Under the pieces are notes generated by a model. It had not been told where the DNA came from. It was given only the letters and a program-made list of their open reading frames with translations, and made no database searches. 64,000 bases of DNA, taken from the IMG/VR virus record IMGVR_UViG_3300044693_000229, positions 3,963-67,962 of that record; one strand, written 5' to 3'. A program made the position numbers and the translations under genes. Shown one piece after another: positions 25,172 to 33,671 of this stretch. Numbering within the stretch: position 1 is the first letter of the stretch; each line of letters begins with the position of its first letter. The stretch is from a virus. Lineage: Duplodnaviria > Caudoviricetes.

Positions 25172-25583
25172 TTGGCGAGTGCCTATTTCTCCACCAATTA
25201 CCAAATTGTTTTAATCGATTGGAAAATGGCATACGTTCGTATTTTACGACACGCACCGTTCGTGGAAGATCCTTGGTAAGATCCATACCTTGCCATGTCT
25301 TGACCATGGCATTATCAAGTGCCATGTGAAGCTGATCGAGTGCCGGAAAATGCTTGCGTGCTTCGATTAGTTCAGGACGGATCGAGTCTTCTACCGGAAC
25401 ATCCGCCATCATAAGCCGAAGCTTGGAAAACACCTTGCGCGGGTTTCCAGATGGAACGTCGATGATGGCGCACAACTTGCGCCAATCGGCTTCTTTATTA
25501 GCCAACTCCAACGCCAATCGATCAACTTTGTTTTGCAGCGCCGTCATGGCGGCCTTTTCTTCGTTGGTCATCATGATGGTCAC
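25158..25583 (-). CDS. Hypothetical protein
   Basis: GTGA overlap; coiled-coil N-terminus. Confidence 0.6.
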   Translation of the reverse strand: MTIMMTNEEKAAMTALQNKVDRLALELANKEADWRKLCAIIDVPSGNPRKVFSKLRLMMADVPVEDSIRPELIEARKHFPALDQLHMALDNAMVKTWQGMDLTKDLPRTVRVVKYERMPFSNRLKQFGNWWRNRHSPNDHS

Positions 25584-25951
25584 ACCGGCCGAATGCCGGT
25601 CGCTTCCAGCAATGCATCAATGAAATCTTCCTTGATAAAGGCTTCGCCGGCATAACTGGGATCGCTAGGATCTGCAACGATATGAAACGTCAACAGATCG
25701 CCATCACGCTCGCGAGGCAGCCCGGTATCCAGGCGCATATGTGTCAAGGCCTCAACATCTCTGCGTGAAAGGTTTTCGAGTTGACGCTGTTGCGCGGTGG
25801 TCAGGTTGCCGATGAAGATGGACGCCTTGACGACTATCGTTGATTCTTTCATGGGGTAGGGTGACGCTTCGAAGAAGAAGGACATAGCATGAACCATGCT
25901 CCGAATTCTGGCACTACGTTTTAGGGAGTGTGCGGGCAAGCGCATCGACAT
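25580..25951 (-). CDS. Hypothetical protein
   Basis: ORF in operon. Confidence 0.55.
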   Translation of the reverse strand: MSMRLPAHSLKRSARIRSMVHAMSFFFEASPYPMKESTIVVKASIFIGNLTTAQQRQLENLSRRDVEALTHMRLDTGLPRERDGDLLTFHIVADPSDPSYAGEAFIKEDFIDALLEATGIRPV

Positions 25952-25965
25952 ACAAGCGCAAAGAT

Positions 25966-26481
25966 TTATCCGACGCCGTCATCCAAGCCTTCCGGCCCGT
26001 TTTCCGACGGTAGCCGCATATCACTGATCCCAACGACACGCCGGCTATCTGGCAGCATTGGCGCGCCAAGGGCATCGATAGGGTCAGCAGCGGGTATGTT
26101 TCGGAGGTAGTAGCGAGTTTCACGTACGATCCCCAGGCGCTTCATTACATAATCCGGCGGCTGCCATGGATGGCCGCTTAACATGCGAGCAAAAGACGTT
26201 TGATCGCATGCCGCCTTTTTCGCTGCAAGGCGCAATGAACGATTGTGTTTTTCTAAAAATCGTTGCGCTGCTTCGCGCAAGCTGATTTCTTCCAGCATAT
26301 GCGGCACAGAAACATAAACCGCTTCGAATTGCCGGATAAATTCGGCAATCGCTTCGGCTTCGGTCCACGACCGCTCGGGAAAATTGCGGCGCATGATAAC
26401 CGCCGCATAATTCTCATCGATCGTAGTAAATTCTTCATGCTGTGCGCAATCTACCAATAGGCGATATTTGAGATAGCGCAT
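25966..26481 (-). CDS. Protein with a Cro-like HTH segment
   Basis: SLRLAAKKAACDQTSFARMLSG; TAATG overlap. Confidence 0.55.
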   Translation of the reverse strand: MRYLKYRLLVDCAQHEEFTTIDENYAAVIMRRNFPERSWTEAEAIAEFIRQFEAVYVSVPHMLEEISLREAAQRFLEKHNRSLRLAAKKAACDQTSFARMLSGHPWQPPDYVMKRLGIVRETRYYLRNIPAADPIDALGAPMLPDSRRVVGISDMRLPSENGPEGLDDGVG

Positions 26482-27041
26482 TACGCAAACGCCTTATCGG
26501 GATTGGTAAGTACGCGCGCGACAAAATCGGTCAACTGTTCATCGCGAAATGACCAGCCTTCGATCGGCCCGAAATTCGGGACATCGCTGCGATAACGCAT
26601 GGCGCCGCAAGCGTCCGCCAGGGCATCCACGTCGATAAGAGGATGGGCGCTGACCAGGTTCTCGGCCCTCGGCGCTGGCGGCGGCGGAGTGGGCTGTAGG
26701 GGCGGCAGCGTGTCGCCGGTCGCCAATGTCGTTTCTACGCCGCTCATGGCCTTTTTGAGACGCTGAGTCGCGGCCAGAAACCGTTTCATGTCGGGGTCGT
26801 TGGCCAATTCGGGGTCTGCGGCTTGAGCTTCGCAAAATCCTTTTTCAGCGTCCAACTCATTGATGACCGTTGCTGCAATAGCAAGATCGTTGAAGATATC
26901 GCGGATCTTCAGGAGGCGTGTTGACCAGGGTGAATCGGGCACCAGGGCCGCGAAAAGCTCGAAGGTTTCGTCGGTAGTGATGCGCTTGCCGGCTGGCGTG
27001 GGCTCTTTGGTGACACGGTTGACGGCTTGTTCGTGGTTCAT
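26481..27041 (-). CDS. Hypothetical protein with Pro-rich linker
   Basis: GAGGGG RBS; first gene of the leftward operon. Confidence 0.65.
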   Translation of the reverse strand: MNHEQAVNRVTKEPTPAGKRITTDETFELFAALVPDSPWSTRLLKIRDIFNDLAIAATVINELDAEKGFCEAQAADPELANDPDMKRFLAATQRLKKAMSGVETTLATGDTLPPLQPTPPPPAPRAENLVSAHPLIDVDALADACGAMRYRSDVPNFGPIEGWSFRDEQLTDFVARVLTNPDKAFA

Positions 27042-27075
27042 TGGCTCCCCTCGGGTTCTGTGTCGTTCTGATGTA

Positions 27076-27105
27076 AGCGTAAGGGTACAGATTAGGAGAT
27101 GTCAA
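27076..27105 (-). promoter_or_regulatory. Leftward sigma70-like promoter TTGACA-N18-TACGCT
   Basis: Consensus -35 in a divergent intergenic region. Confidence 0.5.
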
Positions 27106-27138
27106 TGGGGCGTTGAGATAGGGAACGCTGATGCTGGC

Positions 27139-27167
27139 GTGACGATGTCATCAAGGCGGCTTATACT
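27139..27167 (+). promoter_or_regulatory. Rightward promoter GTGACG-N17-TATACT for terL
   Basis: Near-consensus boxes with a 17-nt spacer. Confidence 0.5.
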
Positions 27168-27197
27168 GCCGGCAAGCCCGTTGACTCCCTGGCATGC

Positions 27198-28610
27198 ATG
27201 TATCAGCTCAATCCTTTCTTACGGGGTTTCTGGACGACTCCGGCGCGCACCAAAGTATTGGAGGGCGGACGTGCCTCAAGCAAGAGCCATGACGCAGCAG
27301 GGTTTGCCGTTTATTTGGCTGCAAACTACACACTGAAGTTCATGTGTGCGCGCCAATTCCAGAACAGGATCAGCGAGTCGGTATACGTTCTACTTAAGAA
27401 CAAAATCGAAGAGAGTGAATACCGCGATGAATTTGAAATTCTGAAAAACACCATCAGGCACAAGCGAACGGGGAGTTCTTTTGTGTTTTATGGGATTGCG
27501 AGAAATTTGGCTGAAATAAAATCGGCAGAAGGAATTGATATTCTTTGGTTGGAGGAAGCGCAATACCTAACTGAAGATCAATGGATGACGATCGAACCGA
27601 CGATTCGTAAACAAGGGTCGCAAATTTGGATCATTTTCAATCCTGACGAATATCTTGATTTCGTATATCAAAAATTCGTAGTAAATACGCCAGACGATTG
27701 TCTGCACAAAACGATCAATTGGGATAACAATCCATTTTTAAGTGAAACGTCATTAAAGATTATTCGCGCCATGTATCGGGACGATCCCGAAATGGCCGAA
27801 CATGTTTACGGCGGCAAGCCGAAAATGGGCCAGGACAAGTCAGTTATTCCTTTGCTTTATGTGCTTGCCGCAGTGGATGCTCATAAAGTCCATAACGAAC
27901 GCGAGAAATTGAAGCCAGAAGGAGATCGAAAGTTATGGCTACCTGGAGGAAAGAAGCGAATTGGATTTGACATCGCCGACGATGGCGATGATCTTTGTGC
28001 GACGATCGAATACGATAACAATATTGCGATTGGCAGTGATGAATGGCAAGGGCTGGAAGACGAATTATTAAAATCGTCACAGCGTGTTTATGAGCGAGCG
28101 TTGATTTTGAACGCAGACATCACTTTTGATTCAATTGGCGTTGGCGCAAATGCCGGTCCGAAATTCAAAGAGATGAATGAGGCGCGTGGCTTGCATGTGA
28201 ATTATGACCCATTTAATGCTGGGTCAGGCGTTGACGATCCTGACGGCATATATATGAAATTGCCGCACATGGCAATTACGAACAAGCAACAATTCGCAAA
28301 TATTAAAGCTCAGAAATGGCGGGATGTTTCTAACCGTTTTCGAAAAACGTACGAATATATTGTCAAAGGTGTTAATCATCCAATCGAAGAAATGATTTCC
28401 ATCGATTCGTCCGGATTTAATCACAAACGATTGCAAAAGCTTCAAAAAGAATTAAGTGCGCCTCGCAAAGACAAGGATCATCGCGGACTTGAGAAAGTAG
28501 AGTCAAAAGAAGACATGCGCAAGCGCGGCATTAAATCGCCAAACTTGGCAGACGCCTTCATCATGGCCTTCATCAAACCCAAACGCAATCCGAAAGGATT
28601 CTTTACTTGA
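27198..28610 (+). CDS. terL: Terminase large subunit
   Basis: Walker A GGRASSKSH, Walker B LWLEEA, nuclease GFDIADDGDD and SPNLADA. Confidence 0.95.
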   Translation: MYQLNPFLRGFWTTPARTKVLEGGRASSKSHDAAGFAVYLAANYTLKFMCARQFQNRISESVYVLLKNKIEESEYRDEFEILKNTIRHKRTGSSFVFYGIARNLAEIKSAEGIDILWLEEAQYLTEDQWMTIEPTIRKQGSQIWIIFNPDEYLDFVYQKFVVNTPDDCLHKTINWDNNPFLSETSLKIIRAMYRDDPEMAEHVYGGKPKMGQDKSVIPLLYVLAAVDAHKVHNEREKLKPEGDRKLWLPGGKKRIGFDIADDGDDLCATIEYDNNIAIGSDEWQGLEDELLKSSQRVYERALILNADITFDSIGVGANAGPKFKEMNEARGLHVNYDPFNAGSGVDDPDGIYMKLPHMAITNKQQFANIKAQKWRDVSNRFRKTYEYIVKGVNHPIEEMISIDSSGFNHKRLQKLQKELSAPRKDKDHRGLEKVESKEDMRKRGIKSPNLADAFIMAFIKPKRNPKGFFT

Positions 28611-28758
28611 TCAAACGCGCAAGCGCCACGCCAATGGCCACGCCGAACGTAAAGACTGCGAAAAGAGCGCCATGCCTCAGATAGTCGTCGCGCTTGTGCT
28701 TGGCTTCGGGAGTGTCCACGAAGCCTTTTGCATGAAATTTAATCGGTTGCTCGTTCAT
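28603..28758 (-). CDS. Small C-terminally anchored membrane protein (51 aa)
   Basis: Hand translation MNEQPIKF...GALFAVFTFGVAIGVALARLIK; TGATG coupling to the upstream gene. Confidence 0.55.
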   Translation of the reverse strand: MNEQPIKFHAKGFVDTPEAKHKRDDYLRHGALFAVFTFGVAIGVALARLIK

Positions 28759-29645
28759 CAGAAAAATTTCCCACGGCAGATAGGGCCGATGCCTAGTTTA
28801 ATGGAAAGCGCGTTAGTGAGTTCCCGACCACAACACGAACAGATCCCAAATCGGCGACCATAGGCCACAGCAGCTTGCTCAGGATCGGCGCAGGCTGCGA
28901 CGATTTCCGCTTCAATCACTTCGCTGCAATCGCGTGAGCGGATAAATTTTCCACCAAGGATTTTGCCGTAATAATCGTCCGTCTCTTTGTCTTTGACATA
29001 GATCGCGCCGGCATTCTTTCCGTTTGGCGATGCCAACATGAGAACGAAAGACCGATTGGCGCCGGCAAGACGCAGTTTGGGAGCGCGAATGCCTTTTTCC
29101 TTGGCGCGTGCCAGTGCATCGGCAACGGCATTAATACGGATGACAGGCGCAGCCTCCGTCTTCTTGCCAAATTCTATTTGGCGCTGAACAAAAGTCGCCT
29201 GACGCTTTTCGGCAGCCTCTAGGCAACGTTGCACAGCCGCTAACTGGCGTTCGGTCAAATCGCCATAGCGCCGAACGGCCTCTTTCATGGCCAAGGCAAA
29301 TTCGAAGTCGGTGTTATTCCACCAAGCAGCGATGGCCGGATACTTCGCCTCGAAGGCCAAGAAAGCATTCGCTGCAATGGCAGTCTTGCGCGCCGCGGCA
29401 GCCGCCCTATTCTTGGTGCGGGTGGTGGCGTCCGTCTTGAATGATAGTTTGCCCGTGCCTTTGCATTTGAAGCACTCCCGGCCATAGAGAGACCAGCCGC
29501 CGCGCCAGTGACCCGTTCCGTTGCATTTGGGGCAATCTTCGACGTGGATCGAGCCGCGGGAGACTTCATTAAGGGTGGCCGGAAGGGCGGACGGCCCATT
29601 TACCGGGCCGTTGAGGGTTTCCAGGTCATCGAAACGAACTGTCAT
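28758..29645 (-). CDS. Protein with a DnaJ-type zinc finger and a C-terminal DUF6011-like zinc motif
   Basis: CPKCNGTG...CFKCKGTG; CSCCGRELT...SI..GIGPIC. Confidence 0.75.
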   Translation of the reverse strand: MTVRFDDLETLNGPVNGPSALPATLNEVSRGSIHVEDCPKCNGTGHWRGGWSLYGRECFKCKGTGKLSFKTDATTRTKNRAAAAARKTAIAANAFLAFEAKYPAIAAWWNNTDFEFALAMKEAVRRYGDLTERQLAAVQRCLEAAEKRQATFVQRQIEFGKKTEAAPVIRINAVADALARAKEKGIRAPKLRLAGANRSFVLMLASPNGKNAGAIYVKDKETDDYYGKILGGKFIRSRDCSEVIEAEIVAACADPEQAAVAYGRRFGICSCCGRELTNALSIKLGIGPICRGKFF

Positions 29646-29680
29646 GGCGCTAGCTCCATTCTTGGTGGATTCTGCGTCGT

Positions 29681-29709
29681 ATCCTAACGATTACTTTTGG
29701 AGTTGTCAA
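29681..29709 (-). promoter_or_regulatory. Sigma70-like promoter TTGACA-N17-TAGGAT
   Basis: Consensus -35; CGTTAGGATAC motif. Confidence 0.7.
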
Positions 29710-29773
29710 TAGGCCGTGGCGATCACGCGGCAGTGTCATGTATTCTACGCCCGCATCACACTAGGGATTCCCC

Positions 29774-32335
29774 ATGCTCCAGGCCATTAAGCGGTTCTTT
29801 GCGAGCCCCGCCCCTACTCCTACTGCCTCTGAGCAGGAAGAGGCCAAACTCCAGCGAATTCGCCAGGCGGACCCCTTAGACCCTTTCGCGGCGATCGCCC
29901 GGGCAGAGCATGCCCTCAAAGGGTTCGGAGGCAATCAAATGCCGAACCCGATCAAAGTCACTGCAAAAAACTTCCCGCATCTGGATCTGTTGCCCGAAAA
30001 CGTGGTAGCCAGCTTCGACGAAGACGGCATGGAAAGCTATTTGACCGATAGCGATTTGAAGCATGCCGTTATAGGAGACAATGCGTCCGCCATCAACGCA
30101 ATTGTCATGGATGACAGTTCAACCTTGCCGGCCGATATGGGCTTTGGCATGGGGAGTGGCCTTCTGGCGTCGCAGATCGCCAATCCCGCTGTGCTTTCCT
30201 GGTACATGCAGCAATCGTTTATCGGTTGGCAAGCGTGCGCGATCATCGCGCAGCATTGGTTAATCGATAAAGCCTGTACGATGCCAGGGGATGATGCGTG
30301 TCGGAACGGCTGGGTTCTTAAAACAAAGTCGGGAGATGATCTTAGCGCCGAACAGAACGAGCTTCTGACATCTCTTGATGTTGAATTTAAGGTAATGGAA
30401 AACCTTTCCGAATTCAATCGTTTCAAAAACATTTTCGGCATTCGAGTCGCCATCTTTGAAGTCGATAGCGACGATCCTAAATATTATGAAAAACCATTCA
30501 ATATCGACGGTATTAAGCCTGGCAGTTATAAAGGAATTTCTCAGGTCGACCCATATTGGATGATGCCTTTATTGACGTCACAGTCAACAACCGACCCATC
30601 CAGCCGTTTCTTTTATGAGCCGGAATATTGGGTCATTTCAGGGCGTCGTTATCATCGATCGCATTTAATCATATCGCGCGGGCCGCAACCTGCCGACATT
30701 CTCAAACCGACGTATATTTTCGGCGGCATTCCGCGCGTTCAGCAGTTGTATGAACGCGTGTACGCGGCTGAACGCACTGCCAATGAAGCGCCCTTGCTAT
30801 CTTTGTCGAAGCGAACGACTGCGATCCATGTCGATCTTGCCGAAATGGCAGCTAATCAAGAGCAATTCGAACAGAAGCTTTTGACGTGGGTTAAATATCG
30901 AGACAATCATGCGGTAAAAGTTCTCGGCATCAATGAAGCGATGGAGCAGTTCGATATTTCGCTAACTGATTTTGATTCCATCATCATGAATCAATATCAG
31001 TTAGTTGCGGCAATTGCAAAAATGCCGGCCACGGAATTGTTGGGAACGTCGCCGAAGGGGTTTAATGCGACGGGCGAATTTGAAATGAAGTCCTATAACA
31101 AGGAACTTGTTTCGATCCAAGCCCATACATTCACGCCTTTATTGGATCGTCATTATCTTTTGCTGGCCAAGTCGAAACAGATCGACGTCGAACTTAAAAT
31201 TGTTTGGAATTCAACTGATACGCCAACGGCTAAAGAATTGGCCGAACTTAATGATAAAAAGGCTGATACAGATACCAAAAACGTTACCATTGGTGCTATT
31301 TCTCCAGATGATGTGCGCAATCGCCTGCGCGATGACGACCATTCGGGCTATGGCCGTCTGTCAGACGAAGAGGCGAACGCAGAGCCCGGTATGTCGCCAG
31401 AAATCTTGGCCAAACTGCAAACGGCCAATGCGCAAGAAACGCGCAGCGAAGCGCAGACGGTCACGGCTGGCGCGCATGCGGAAGCCGCTGGCACGACACC
31501 AGCCGCGGCAAGCGGTTTGGCGCAGCGCCAGGAAGGCGAAGAACAACCTACCGATGAGACCGAAACAACTCCAAGCCATGGCGGCACCATCTCTGGGCCA
31601 ACACGCGCGCCAAATGATCCATTGATTCCTGAGCTAACCCGTGAGCCCGGGATTAATCAGCCGCAAGCCGGTGAAACGGCGCGGAGTATGCTCAGCGCCC
31701 TGGCGAATCCGGCAGTCCTGGAAGGCGTGAAGGCCTTGGCCTTCATCATGGGCAAGATTGATGACCTGATGGTGCCGGAAGGTGCCGAAGTGTCCCATGT
31801 CGGCCCTGCCCGCGGTAGCGTGCGCCCATCCGTGCGCCCTAGCGTTTCCAGTCTGCATGATGTGATACCGGTAGAGACCGATCACACTAAATTGCCGAAG
31901 ACTAAGTTTCAGGGATTGAACATTGCCATCGAAAATCCGCGCGGCACGGTTCGCAAAGGCATGAATCTGGATGGCCAAACGTGGCAAGCTAAAATGCACC
32001 ACCATTATGGTTTCATCAAGGGCGTGATAGGCGCCGATGGTGACGAACTGGATTGCTTCGTTGGCTTGAATGGAATGGCCGATAAAGTGTACGTGATCAA
32101 TCAAAACGACCCGAACACAGGGGCCTTTGACGAGCATAAGGTCATGCTTGGTTTTGATGATGCAGACGCTGCGAAAAAAGGCTACGACGATAGCTTCAGC
32201 GATGGATGGACTGGATTTGATTCCATCGTGGAATTGTCGATGGATGAATTCCGGCAATGGATCGGAACCGGTCAATGTACGACTCCTTTGTCAAAGGAAT
32301 GTATTGGCACAACGCAATCGCATTCGCTGATATAA
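29774..32335 (+). CDS. Portal protein (DUF1073-like) with a C-terminal inorganic-pyrophosphatase-like domain
   Basis: Position after terL; core motifs such as RFKNIFGIR, DPYW, ATELLGTSPKGFNATGE; C-terminal IENPRG...HYGFIKG..GADGDELD...DEHKVMLGF. Confidence 0.9.
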   Translation: MLQAIKRFFASPAPTPTASEQEEAKLQRIRQADPLDPFAAIARAEHALKGFGGNQMPNPIKVTAKNFPHLDLLPENVVASFDEDGMESYLTDSDLKHAVIGDNASAINAIVMDDSSTLPADMGFGMGSGLLASQIANPAVLSWYMQQSFIGWQACAIIAQHWLIDKACTMPGDDACRNGWVLKTKSGDDLSAEQNELLTSLDVEFKVMENLSEFNRFKNIFGIRVAIFEVDSDDPKYYEKPFNIDGIKPGSYKGISQVDPYWMMPLLTSQSTTDPSSRFFYEPEYWVISGRRYHRSHLIISRGPQPADILKPTYIFGGIPRVQQLYERVYAAERTANEAPLLSLSKRTTAIHVDLAEMAANQEQFEQKLLTWVKYRDNHAVKVLGINEAMEQFDISLTDFDSIIMNQYQLVAAIAKMPATELLGTSPKGFNATGEFEMKSYNKELVSIQAHTFTPLLDRHYLLLAKSKQIDVELKIVWNSTDTPTAKELAELNDKKADTDTKNVTIGAISPDDVRNRLRDDDHSGYGRLSDEEANAEPGMSPEILAKLQTANAQETRSEAQTVTAGAHAEAAGTTPAAASGLAQRQEGEEQPTDETETTPSHGGTISGPTRAPNDPLIPELTREPGINQPQAGETARSMLSALANPAVLEGVKALAFIMGKIDDLMVPEGAEVSHVGPARGSVRPSVRPSVSSLHDVIPVETDHTKLPKTKFQGLNIAIENPRGTVRKGMNLDGQTWQAKMHHHYGFIKGVIGADGDELDCFVGLNGMADKVYVINQNDPNTGAFDEHKVMLGFDDADAAKKGYDDSFSDGWTGFDSIVELSMDEFRQWIGTGQCTTPLSKECIGTTQSHSLI

Positions 32336-32338
32336 GCA

Positions 32339-33178
32339 ATGGCATTTCGAGCCTCAAAAATTCGCAAACGCCAAGACCCGCGCCCTGTTGCGGAAGGAAC
32401 GCAGCTAATCGCATCGGCTGCCGTGCGTGCCTGGTACAAGCGCAAACTTGACGACATTTGCGCAGCAATGATCGCTGATTACCGCGAGACGCTTGGTGAT
32501 GCATTGCAATTGCGCGATGTAAAAAAACATTTCGCGCAAGACGCTAGTGCAGAAGCCGTTTTAACGGACGTCATGCATGCGTTGAATAAAAAATGGATAA
32601 CCATTTTCAAAAACTATGCAAAGATGACCGCTGCTGCGTTTGTCGAAAAAGTAGACTCGCATAGCAAAGCAACATGCTGGCATTCGCTTTCTGTGGCCGG
32701 CGTTCAACAGCCGCGCATGTCATACACGCAAAACATTCAAAACACACTAGGCGCGGCGCAAACCTTCAACAACACATTGATTACGAATGTGCAAGCGGAC
32801 ATTCACGAAAAGGTATTCAACGCTGTGATGTTGTCGCTGACATCGCCGAATCCCGAAGAACAAGGAACAAGCGGGATTGAAAGCGCACTGAAAAAGGTAA
32901 GTGAGTTTTCCAAGACGCGAACAGAACTGATCGCGCGCGACCAAAACAGCAAGCTTTACAGCTCGATCAACATGGACCGCATGCGTGATAATGGTATAGA
33001 AAAATTCAGGTGGATTCACTCCAGTGCCGGTAAAGTACCTCGTCCGTCGCATGTGGCGAAGGATGATGAAATCTTTACGATGGATGATCCAAGGCTTTGG
33101 ACTGGCCCAAAGGCGGACCAGGGGCCGCCAGGGTGGGCCATCAATTGCCGATGCCGCGCCATTCCCATCATCGACTGA
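32339..33178 (+). CDS. MuF/SPP1 gp7-like minor head protein
   Basis: FRWIHS...RPSH...PPGWAINCRC. Confidence 0.9.
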   Translation: MAFRASKIRKRQDPRPVAEGTQLIASAAVRAWYKRKLDDICAAMIADYRETLGDALQLRDVKKHFAQDASAEAVLTDVMHALNKKWITIFKNYAKMTAAAFVEKVDSHSKATCWHSLSVAGVQQPRMSYTQNIQNTLGAAQTFNNTLITNVQADIHEKVFNAVMLSLTSPNPEEQGTSGIESALKKVSEFSKTRTELIARDQNSKLYSSINMDRMRDNGIEKFRWIHSSAGKVPRPSHVAKDDEIFTMDDPRLWTGPKADQGPPGWAINCRCRAIPIID

Positions 33179-33188
33179 GGAAAGCCTG

Positions 33189-33404
33189 ATGACATTATCA
33201 ACCGGAACCAGCAATGCCGCGCGCAGTAAGAATATCGCGACAGAAATCAATGCCGGCAAAGACCCAAAGCAAGCCGAAGCCATCGCGTATTCGAAACAAC
33301 GCGAAAACCGTGCTAAACGTGCCCATAGTAGCGACGCGACAAATGGGCTTCGTGATGCGCTTCGCAATATTCGTGATTGCATGTCGAAGGTAATCAAGCC
33401 ATGA
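33189..33404 (+). CDS. Small basic head-module protein
   Basis: SKNIATEINAGKDPKQAEAIAYS motif common in phage head modules. Confidence 0.65.
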   Translation: MTLSTGTSNAARSKNIATEINAGKDPKQAEAIAYSKQRENRAKRAHSSDATNGLRDALRNIRDCMSKVIKP

Positions 33405-33538
33405 ATGCCGTCACCATTAATAAAAGAATGTGCGCATTTTGCGATTGGATCGAAAAATCTAAATTTATGAGCTGGAAACTTTCATTGATCGATATTATAT
33501 CGATAGCCGTATTCATTATGATTTATTTCAAAAAGTGA
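33401..33538 (+). CDS. Small AT-rich ORF with a hydrophobic C-terminus (45 aa)
   Basis: Hand translation MNAVTINKRMCAFCDWIEKSKFMSWKLSLIDIISIAVFIMIYFKK; ATGA overlap. Confidence 0.4.
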   Translation: MNAVTINKRMCAFCDWIEKSKFMSWKLSLIDIISIAVFIMIYFKK

Positions 33539-33671
33539 TCAGATTTCTTTAAACAGAAATCGCCAGAAAATCAGCAAAGAAACAATAAAATTATCTGATG
33601 CGTCGGTGATATTGCCGTGAACGGATTTTATGTTTAGACTTTGCCAAGCTTACGCAATGGTCTGAATTTCG

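Noticed and set aside
27198-28610. Intron or intein in terL (also considered for the dnaE fragment)
   Set aside because: The ORFs are continuous, of normal length, and lack splicing or homing endonuclease motifs.
32339-33178. MuF-fused polymorphic toxin
   Set aside because: The protein ends right after the NCRC motif with no C-terminal extension.
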